Positions 53,263 to 64,000 of a stretch of 64,000 nt of DNA are shown here, piece after piece. Location: contig NC_043008.1 in the NCBI RefSeq assembly GCF_006345805.1, positions 30,194,001 to 30,258,000 of the forward strand. Reading direction: 5' to 3'. Each line of letters starts with the position of its first letter. Position 1 is the first letter of the stretch. Position numbers and translations under genes: made by a program. The notes beneath the pieces were generated by a model, which was not told the DNA's origin, did not search any database, and was given only the letters and a program-made list of their open reading frames with translations. This DNA is from Octopus sinensis. Its lineage: Eukaryota.

Positions 53263-53557
53263 ATTATATAAAAGGGCTTAGTAAAATAAATTACTTTGCC
53301 GCATACTGAACTCATTAGAAATAGCAGCTAAAAAAACTTTTTTAAAACTATTTCTAATACTTAAAGAAAACCTCTCTCATATAGTGTTTGCTCAATTCAA
53401 CTCACGTGAGTTTCGTGAGTTGAATTGAGCAAACACTATATGAGAGAGGTTTTCTTTAAGTATTAGAAATAGTTTTAAAAAAGTTTTTTTAGCTGCTATT
53501 TCTAATGAGTTCAGTATGCGGCAAAGTAATTTATTTTACTAAGCCCTTTTATATAAT
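53263..53557. repeat. Perfect fold-back inverted repeat (144-bp arms, 7-nt spacer) of a PLE-type end
   Basis: Arms 53263-53406 and 53414-53557 match by eye, including homopolymer lengths. Related to the 39044 element (ttagaaatagcag; downstream ggtgaaattgat). Confidence 0.95.
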
Positions 53558-53647
53558 GTAATAATTTGAATTCGCCTTAAATGGTACCTTTGCATACTGA
53601 ATACTTGGTGAAATTGATTAATTAATTAATTTTACCCTCAATTGTTG

Positions 53648-53683
<36 letters not shown>

Positions 53684-53684
53684 C

Positions 53685-53720
<36 letters not shown>

Positions 53721-54649
53721 GTGTATAAGAGAAGAAAATGGATATAATAACAATGGGTACTCGTGGTTTACGCTGGGATGTCTTCAATTAAATAGGTAGC
53801 AAGGAAGTAAAAAGCAAAGATGGGGGTGACATATACGATCGTTTCGATTTACTGGTGTGTATGTATGTATATATATGTATATATATATATATATAGCAAA
53901 TGAAAGACAGGAGATAGAATATACGAGAAATTATTATTAATCATGACAATCGTTTCGACACATCTAGCATCGATTCCTCCTGTGTGGGTCACTCAACAAG
54001 TCGTTCAGGAGCAGATGTATCTCGTCGGGTGATACATAAATACGACTCGTTAAAATGAATGTTCCGCAATGTAACTTTCCGTTTTGTAGAAGGAAATAGC
54101 AGCCAGACGGAGGAAATATCTTCTTTTATATAGAGGATCAAAAACAAAATCTATTATGACAAAAAGAGAAACGAACACGCAATCCAGCGAGAAAAGTATT
54201 AAAAATAACCGTTTATAGGTATGGATGTAAAAACTCCCTCGGACAAGCACTATGGCGCGAGTATACTCGCTCATACAAGCATCTGCAAAAATGTGAGCAT
54301 ATGCACACGTGAGGTTTGGTGCACCTATGATCACAAGTCGAGTTATTTATCAATTTGGTGTTTATACGAATGGGGAGATTAAAAGTAAACTTAAGTCATC
54401 CATAACTTAAAGTAAATTAAGTAAGTAACCGGTTACTCGAATTTCATTCCAACTGCATTGTGCAAAAGTACATTGATATCCGTGTAGGCTTCCCGAGAGT
54501 CGTTCAGAAATTCTATTAATTATTTTCTCGTTAGTCCACAGAATAGACAGAGATTCCTCGGAGTAGAGACGGCATCCCCTGGAAATTATATTGTATGGTT
54601 TCACATACCTTATTATGGACCAATTATTGCTGTGCTTCGTTTTATATAC

Positions 54650-54704
<55 letters not shown>

Positions 54705-56162
54705 TGTGTGTCTGTGTGTGTGTGTATACATACACACATATTCTGAAAGCACCTTCATGATCAAAACATACATAGGTAGTGATTAAACTCGCATCAATGT
54801 AAGTTTTGTACACACAACAGATGCGTATAAGCCAATTCGCACATACTTTTATATATGGATATATATATTCACATCTATATACATATGTGTGTGTGTGTGT
54901 GTGTGTACATATATACATACACACAACAGTGCCTGTATATAATTTGAGAAAAAAATGCAACAGAAAGTATATGAAAGAATTTTTTGTCTGAAGTTTAAAT
55001 TATCCTCTTCATATAATTGCATATTAAGTGTTCATATTCAAAAGAATAAAAAAAATAGACACTCATATATTTACCAGCTTTATATGAAATATTACATGTT
55101 AGCTTTTCTGCATGCTTAAGTATTCTGACTGATATACTTTTTTTGTCTATTATAAGAATATAATTTATAAACCAAAATCCACCTGCTTCTTTGTTCGCGT
55201 AACGTAGCAGCTTATAGGATTGTAATATACGCAGCTACGTGTCTCCAAATGTGCACTGTTAACTAATTATAATTTTATTATCAAACTCTTTCTTTGCACA
55301 CCCAGAGACTATTGTAACCAGTTTACTCAATTGCACAGGCACAGGTGATTCCACAGCATACTGAACGTTTATTGTATGGTTTGGTTTTTTTGAAGAGAGA
55401 ATGCAGATTTCACGATGGAAAATTGCTCTACCAGATTATGTGTGAGTTATATCTCAATAAGAACCTCGCACAAACACCCATACATACACACACACCCAAA
55501 CACACACTCACACATCACATACACCCACACTCATAGATGTATATACATATATATATATACACACACACATACAACATATCCCCTTTTCCATCATCCCTAT
55601 TAGTATTTGTTGTCGAAACCAACAACGATGATCACCCTTCACGATATTACCATCCCACTCCTCCCACTCATCTCCCAACTCTCCACATTTCTACTTCTGT
55701 CAATACGCCGATCACTCACACTTTCCCTGTTCCTCAGTTGACCCTCCTATCCGTTCTTACCCTTTACCTGCTATAACACTGCCTACACCCCCAACGGTTG
55801 GCCTACCTCTACCCTCCACATACTTCTATTTGCCTTTGCCTTCATGAAATTTACCTTTAGATTTCCCTGCATGATGATTTTGAAATGTTCGGCACTTACC
55901 TCCGCACGCTGAAGACGATGATCGGATCTACCTAATGTGTATACGCTTCTGCTATTGGTCGCATAATCACGACTTTTTGCGAATTACATCTGCCTGAATT
56001 ATGATGTAGTTCCGAGTCCCGAGAAAAAGCTGTCGAACTTTTATTACCAAACATTTACCCCTTAATTCTGTGTGGTTGTGTAAGTTTCTTCTTTTAATAT
56101 ACAAATATCTATATATTTATACATGAATATACATCATTTGAATATTTTCAACCTTTGTTTTC

Positions 56163-56296
56163 TCACCACATGGTTTCGGGTTCAGTCCCACTGCGTGGCA
56201 CCTTGGGTGAGTGTCTTCTACTATAGTCTCAGACCGACGAAAGCCTTGTGAGTGTATTTGGTAGTCGGAAACTGAAAGAAGCCTGTCGTATATATG

Positions 56297-56387
<91 letters not shown>

Positions 56388-56600
56388 ATATCTGTGTTTG
56401 TGTCCCCAAAATCCCTTGACAACCGATGCTGGTGTGTTTACGTCCCCGTAACCTAGCGGTTCGGCAAAAGAGACCGATAGAATAAGTACTAGGTTTCCAA
56501 AGAATAAGTCCTGGGGTCGATCTGCTCGACTAAAGGCGGTGCTCCAGCATGGCCACAGCCAAATGACTGAAACAAGTAAAAGAGTAAAAAGAGTAAAGAG
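56163..56600 (+). mobile_element. tRNA-derived octopus-type SINE (extreme 5' end missing)
   Basis: B-box-like gggttcagtcc, internal (TA)(TG)n tract, 3' ggcggtgctccagcatggccacagccaaatgactgaaacaagtaaaagag with repeated tail. Confidence 0.9.
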
Positions 56601-56699
56601 TAATTTTTTGAAACTCTGTCGGTCGTGAGAGAGGGATCCCGTGACAACCATTGCAAGACTATTTTGACAGCAAGTTTTATGTCAGAGCATATTTCTCCT

Positions 56700-56918
56700 A
56701 GAAAGGTTGCCTTCTTCTCAGGTCTCTCAAACTAACGTGAGCCTCCTCTACACCAGGGACATCTATGTAACCCTTAACTAGGAACCTGATAGGTACAACA
56801 GTTCCGGGTTAGAACGGATTTGGGAATAATGGTAAGTGGTGACTCCACGATCCCCACAACTCCAGTACTTATGAGCTGGAGCTTCAATAGACGACGCAGT
56901 TTAATGGCATTTCCAGGG
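56700..56918 (-). mobile_element. Possible fragment of a third short interspersed repeat
   Basis: Resembles a common octopus repeat recalled from memory (…ctccag…tggagc…gcagtttaatggca…ccagg); not verifiable within the window. Confidence 0.3.
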
Positions 56919-57022
56919 TATATGCAAGCATATATATATGCATATATATAGATAAAAACACACGTTCATACATATGTAAGCTCGTACATCTGCATATATG
57001 GATTATATATATATATATATAT

Positions 57023-57691
57023 ATTTATATATGAGGATAATATCGATATTTAAGTGTCGAAATTATCAAGTGGCCAGCATGAAAGAAATACCTTACAAAT
57101 GTAAAAAACTTTTAACAATTAAAAATGAGGGTGTCTAAAGACACCAACATGCCGAAATGGCAGTCGAAACACTGACTATAGTACCACGTTAAATGTTCAT
57201 ATCGCACCATGAGGTAAAGCGGAGGGACAAAACATACAAGCAAAAATTATTGAATAATTCAAGATCCAAGGATTTCTGGTATCGATATTATCCTCATATA
57301 TAAATTTATATAATTCGTTATTATATTCACTGCGGTGCTTATTTTAACCATATCGTACTTATGCGGTGATTTAGCGGGCGATTCAAACTGGCTGTGTCCA
57401 TACGTGCATATGTATGTATGTGCGACGCTCGTATATGTAAGTATATCGTTTGCTGTGCATATATATATCTGTATTTATGTACCCTTGATATATTCAATTG
57501 ATGACGGTAAAGCTTATCTAAAGCAGAACCAGAAATCCTTGGATCTTTAATTATTCAATAATTTTTGCTTGTATGTTTTGTCCCTCCGCTTTACCTCATG
57601 GTGCGATATGGACATTTAACGTGGTACTATAGTCAGTGTTTCGACTGCTATTTCGGCATGTTGGTGTCTTTAGACACCCCCATTTTTAATT
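57023..57691. repeat. Nested inverted repeats (26-bp pair 57023-57048/57280-57305; ~163-bp pair 57117-57279/57529-57691)
   Basis: Reverse-complement matches visible directly; both ends in (TA)n. Confidence 0.88.
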
Positions 57692-57698
57692 ATATATA

Positions 57699-57744
<46 letters not shown>

Positions 57745-57801
57745 TATATATACATACATACATATGCATACATATATATGTATATATATATATGTATGTA
57801 T

Positions 57802-57862
57802 TTGATTGATTGATTGATTCTAGTTTCAGCTCATGAGCTGTGGCCATGCTGGGGCACCGCCA
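57802..57862 (-). mobile_element. Very short SINE/LINE 3'-tail fragment with (ATCA)n tail
   Basis: Minus strand ggcggtgccccagcatggccacagctcatgagctgaaactagaatcaatcaatc. Confidence 0.7.
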
Positions 57863-58512
57863 TGTGTGTGTGTGTGAGCGCGCGTGTGTGTGTGTATGCA
57901 TATATGTATTCGCATATATATGTGTGTATGGATGGACCAATGTTTGTGTTTGTGTGTGTGTGTATGTGTGTAAGTATGCAATTGTATATAGATATATCGA
58001 CATACAGAGACGAAATGGGAGACAGACTCTGAGGTAGAGTAGTAAAGTGATACATAAATGGTTAAATGGACAAATGACAAAACAAGCGTTCTTTACCTCT
58101 TGAAGTTTTATTGGAACACTTCAGTAGAACATTCCTGCTGGCTTTTTCTTTATAATTAGATGTAATTCTTTGAGATTCAGTTGTTCCGGCAGAGCAATAT
58201 CTTTGCCAATTTTTGAAGACGTTTGAGAATCGATGGGTTTAATGGTCAAACTTTGTAACCAAAATATCATATCACTTCCTAAAGTCAATATGCCTTTAGA
58301 TTCTCTCATTTATTTGCACATATACAGACGGACACAATTACATTCTAGAAGAACAAACATATTTCTGTATATATACATCTATATACATAAATATACATAT
58401 ATGTGTATTAAATTTACATTATATGCATATATATTCATATACATATATATGCGTATATATATATATATATATTGATATATTCATATACATACACACACAT
58501 ATATATATATAT

Positions 58513-58592
<80 letters not shown>

Positions 58593-58596
<4 letters not shown>

Positions 58597-59450
58597 GGGC
58601 CATCCCATAAAAAATGCGGATTTTTATCCTTTTATTTTTCAAAATTAAGAAACAGAAAGTTTTTGGAAAATCTAAAATATATTCTCCTTCATTTTCTACG
58701 ATTTTCTTCCATCTATCTGGTACACTTGCAATTCACTTGTCCGTGAGGAAAAATACTCCTCCAGTACTGTTCTGACCTCACCTACAGAATTCATATTTTT
58801 TCGTTCAAATGATGTTGAAGACTGCGGAACAAATGATGATCAAATGGGACAATAGCCGACGAATATGGTAGGTGGGGCATCGTTTCCCATTGAAACGGAT
58901 CCAGCCTTTCCAATGTCATCCTCACTGTATATGGCAGAGCATTATCCTGATGGATGAACACCTTTCATTTTGAAACCAAAGGCGGTCGTTTTTCCTCTAG
59001 CGCTGACGTAAGCCGCTCAGGCTGTTCGCAGTAGATCTTTGTAGTCGTTTGGTTTGGGTTTAAAGGTTCCAAGTGGACTAAACCTTTCATATCCCACTAA
59101 GGAGATAACAACACCTTACGTGTGTGAAGATCTTCTTTAGCCTAGTGTGTCGGTCTTTCTCCTTTCCCTAGATAGAGAACCGATTTCTCATCACCAGTCA
59201 GTAATCTGTCCAAATAAGGTTCATTCTTGAGATGTGACAGCAATGAAGAGCACGCATTCGCTCTCTGCGTACAATTAGTCTTGGAAAGATTATGAGGAAC
59301 CCATTGACTCAAGTTACTGACTTTTCAGATGACACGCAGGTTTCGGTGCTGAGTAGTCAAACATTTAAACCAAATTTTCTCAAAACCACTTGTCCAACTG
59401 TCCCATAGGAAACACTGATTTAACCTAAATTTGAGACACCAGAAAAAGAA
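58593..59450 (-). mobile_element. Decayed mariner (DD34D-type) element, 5'-truncated
   Basis: SQWVPHNLS, LDRLLTGDEK, C-terminal VPDRWKKIVENEGEYIL. TIR-like end tactgggccatcccataaaaaatgcgga at 58593. Confidence 0.82.
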
Positions 59451-60511
59451 GAAATAAAGATATACTTTTTTCTATGCCAAGAATAATGATTTTACAAATG
59501 CGCGTTCCCACGGCTTTATCGATCGCATTCTCACTTGTAATCGATTTTTGTAATTTTTCCAACACTTATACCTGCACTGATACCGTCGGTGTCTACTTAT
59601 CAAATCTGAGCGCAATCGGAGGAAGGATGACCGAGATCCTAGAAGACACACACACACACACACAGAACGGATTTTATATAATAGATATACACACACAAAT
59701 ATGCGCATCCATATGTCTATAAATGCATATAATGAATGCAGTATATACGAGACTGAATTAGGAAAATAGAAGATGCAAACGGTCAGACAGAAAGTAAATG
59801 AAATCAAAGAATAGGAAGAATGATTTTACATAGCATATACATTTTACAAGGAGCAACGCTTCAAAATTGAGCATTGCCTGAAATCAGAAGAGAATCTATT
59901 AGTTCAGCGTAATGAACTGTTAATTTCCTCACTGTTTTCATTATTAGGTAATTAATTATGTCCACTGATGGTAAGTTCACACCGATAAATGTTATTCTAA
60001 TTGGGTTCTAGAATATATCTCTAATCTACGTTAAAGCCAGGTTTTCGACAAGCTGCAAATACTATTGCATACCAAGATCTAAAAATAATTTAGACGTTTT
60101 AGACATGCTGTTCTTTTTGTGATGGCAAGCACATCACACATAAAATATTTATAATTCAATTTTGGAAAAAATCTGATATCACAGGATTTTAGCAGTCTGC
60201 TATGGGAACAAAACCATATTATTTATTTAGAATTTTATTTTGATATCATTTTAATGTATTAATTATAGTGATCAGCTGAATAATTTGCTCAGAGACAGAC
60301 GTTTGATGATACTTTAGAGGGGATATCTTGGAGTAAAGAGAGTTCAGATTGCAAATCCTAGAATGAAATATTCCTAGTTAGAGATCAGTTTGCAATGAAT
60401 GAATTAGTATTTCACTATCAAGTAATAGTTTTTTTTATTGTGTCCGCCATGTTAGAATAAGTAGGTATATCTGCCTCAAATCACACTGCAAGACCTTAAA
60501 TAAGAATGATG

Positions 60512-60562
<51 letters not shown>

Positions 60563-63500
60563 CTATAGGACAACTACTAATATGTTACAAAACTAACGTA
60601 ATTCTTAATAGCTTAGGCACAAGGCTAAAATTGTTTGGAGACTTGATGAGCCTATTACAATGAATCCATACTTAAATGTTAGCATTAGTTATCAACTTTT
60701 AAGTGGGGAATAACAAAGTGGCCTCACTGAGATTTGAATGTAGAACAAAAAGTCGAATAAACAATTTTGGAAGCTATTTGGTTAGACGGTGTATATTGTT
60801 CTAATAATTTTTCCATAATTCTTTCACAATAAAGCTTGTATGACACAATGGAATAGCTACATTTTATCCATGTTAAAAAGGAAATATATAGATATAAACC
60901 GGGGATTCAGGAATTCTTTTAGGTGGAATAGGTTGAATGGGATATGGCCATTTTTAAGATAGACCTTTTCGTGTTACGAATTTTCAGTCAATCCAAATTG
61001 TGATGAAATATAAATAGTTCTCATTTCTTTTTATTTTACCCCAACAAATAGCATGTCTCTACATCGATTATGAAGGTTTTATAAAAACAGTAGTAAGTTA
61101 TGATAAAGACAAACATGTGCCTACTTTATTCACCAAACTAATGACACTTAAACTGTGCGTCATATTAAATTGACACAAAGAAAGTTGTATGTGCGCACGT
61201 GCCGCAGACATATATAGAAGTGTGCATAAGTGTGTTTGTATATATCAGTGTGTCTGTGTATACGCATGTATGTATATATCTTAAGAGAAAGTTATAGTAT
61301 TATGTTTATGACTACAATGGAACAATTGAAAACTCTAACAATGATATATACACACACACGTTTGTTTGTGTGTATGCGCGCGCGCGTGCATTTGGCATTA
61401 TATAAGTACTGTTATATACGTTCAAATGAAATGAGAATACCAAACTTTTTTTAACTGTATGTTACAGATATTCCATTTTACATTGTGTACGGTTAAAACT
61501 GATACTTCGTCACGAAAAAATGTCTTGTACGACGTTCTTTAAACGATTGTACGTGTGTGTGTGTGTGTGTGTTTCTGTGTGTGTGTCTGTGTGTGTGTGT
61601 TCGCGAACGATGTATGTGTGTCTGTGTGTTTCTACAAACCAATGCTTATATGAATGCATGTGTATTTGACCGTATTCTTTTTTTCTGCCTGCAAACGTGT
61701 ATTTGTTTTTTTTTCCTTTCTTGGACAATCTTTTGATATCATTTTCTAAATTTCATTCTCCTGCTTTCTTTTAATGAATAACATGGTTTATTTAAGATAT
61801 GTTCGATCTTTCGTAACCGACGTACTTAAAATAGATGTTTGTGTGACATGTATTCTTTCCAGCGTAGAACTGTTAGCACTTCAATAAAAGAAGTAACTGT
61901 ATTTTCTCCTCATAGACTTCTGTTTATTACTCTACATGAAATTGCAGACAGAGCACTTTCCCTCAATTATTTTTATCTAACCTCCAACCGACATTTGATA
62001 ACAATTGCGTTGAATTACCACAGACAAATAGTAATATCCAGTAATGTTATTGTGGAATACATATTTTCAAAGCTTAATGAGGTGTATATGGCGTCGAAAT
62101 ATTTAGAAGTGAATTTCTTCATCATCTATTTCAGTCAATAACTTACCGTTTCAAGATATTCTGCTAGCTAAGTGAAAGCCAATGGATTCTCACTTTAACA
62201 TCAACAGGATTGTCTCCGCATGCTAGAAATGTCTGACAGATCTAGCTTTAAGTTACACTCTGTTTTCTTTTGTTTTGTAATTGACTAGGGACATTGGTTG
62301 CCTTAATATAAGACAAGGTGGCTATGAGTGGATTGCTTTAGAGTAGAGATTTTCCTGTTCAGGATTAACCCGTGGTTAAATTACAACGATACCATATCTT
62401 TCTCTGGTCTCAAAGATCTGCAAAAAGAGTTTCATTTTCTATTTTCAGCTGAGTAATATTTTATAGCTGTGTTCCGATATTCCCATAGTATAGAAACAAT
62501 AATTAAGATATCATACATAATTACCAGTGTCTTTATAAAATATATCAAATATGTATTAGATATCATGGGAAATCCTTAATATCCAAGAGTATTTTAAAAT
62601 CTGTAGTTGCCTTTGACCTTTAACACAATGAACTGAAGTGAATGTTATGAAACGCACTGTATTCAATCATTATAGAAACTTACTCGCAGAAATTGCACTC
62701 TGGAGTAATATCACTTCAATTCGGGCGTTGACACGTAGCAGATATCTGTTCTATACGTCAAATATTAGTGATGGCACACATAGCCACCGTTAATATTCGG
62801 TATATATGCACAATACATCAATATATTCATAAATAAGTAAATAAATCAATATTTGATACGTTGCATTGCTAGTTATAACAGTATTTTCAGTGCATTTAAT
62901 AGTGACATTTATTACCCAATGACTTCGATGTGCATATAAGAAAATGTGAAGTTTATTATGATTCATAGGGTTTGTATGACATATTTGACGATCGAAACTT
63001 ATATCTACATCAATCTAGCACGACCAATGCAATTATGGTATTGAGACCCACCACCCAAGGTTGACGCCTGGAGCTTAGTAATATTAAATTTTTATATTTC
63101 TATTCTTTTTTTCCTGCATATATTTAACCGCCTTTCATTTTCACTTTTTTCTTTTAATACTTTTTTCCATAACACGCCACTCGATCAACCAAGAAGATAT
63201 TGTTAGAAATATCAATAACGACAAATATGTACATATTGGGTAATACATCTTAAATATTGAACAACAATTTTCTATTTTTTATGTCAATGATCAAGAAATG
63301 ATGTAGTAAATACCCTGCTCTTGATCGTTCTTTCCTTTTTTTTACTGTTTTACTTTATATCGCCTTAATAGTTTCACTCTTAAGCTCATATATCACAGCC
63401 CACTTTGACAGAAATAGCTATCGGTTTCAGGCAAATATTGATAAAATAACGCTCTGCAAGCCGCAGCATTATATTTTTCGAAAATGCTTCTCAGTTACTA

Positions 63501-63765
63501 TCTAATTTCAAAATAATATCCTGTCCGACCAGACTGAAAAGTAGTGAAGTGTTAAATGATATTAGTTAAACTTGGAGATAGCACGTAATGTGTTAATGAT
63601 AAGTTAGCTTTGATCAACAAGGTCCAGCCAGCAGAGTTATTTATGTCTCACACGACGCCCCTTGTTCATTATATACACGTCGTTTCCTCTCACCTAACTC
63701 ATTATATACATACATTCATACACACTCACATATACGCATTTACAGCATTTACACGTATGATATAC

Positions 63766-63802
<37 letters not shown>

Positions 63803-64000
63803 TGTCTGATAGAGTATATATATCTATATATTTATATATGAATATACATACACACACACACACACACACCAACACAAACACACATACATACACACACAAG
63901 CACACACACACACACATATATACATTTATAATAAATCTCTGGGCGAGGTATAAACAGTAGATGCACGACATCGGGAAGTATATTTGCCACCTAAATGTGG

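Noticed and set aside
59564-59645. Minus-strand 67-bp exon-like piece (tcttctag … cag|gtataa), plus similar candidates near 54131-54610 and 58097-58280
   Set aside because: No consistent reading frame or partner exons could be linked into a gene model.

Overview
No host protein-coding gene could be supported in this 64-kb window. It is AT-rich, microsatellite-dense animal DNA. The SINE families and repeat landscape suggest an octopod cephalopod (inference). Nearly everything recognisable is mobile DNA. (1) A near-complete Penelope-like element (PLE) on the minus strand, about 10400-16306, with RT, GIY-YIG endonuclease, an extra upstream ORF1, an inverted pseudo-LTR and a 1.4-kb microsatellite 3' UTR. 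(2) Several PLE remnants and protein-free PLE-type ends carrying minimal hammerhead ribozyme (HHR) cores. (3) A non-coding HHR-bearing element with internal ~824-bp tandem units, present twice. (4) At least five fold-back inverted repeats. (5) A CR1/L2-group LINE that has lost its RT core and shares its 3' tail with local SINEs. (6) An RLE-type LINE 3' fragment. (7) Four decayed Tc1/mariner elements. (8) tRNA-type SINEs and a probable Helentron-associated element. The best lead is the PLE ORF1/ORF2 junction. After repairing one missing G in a G run, ORF1 overlaps ORF2 by about 60 nt in the -1 frame, and the overlap holds an in-phase U_UUU_UUA heptamer in an HIV-1-like context. This suggests gag-pol-style -1 ribosomal frameshifting in an endonuclease-bearing PLE. 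Most ORFs in the supplied track are microsatellite artefacts.
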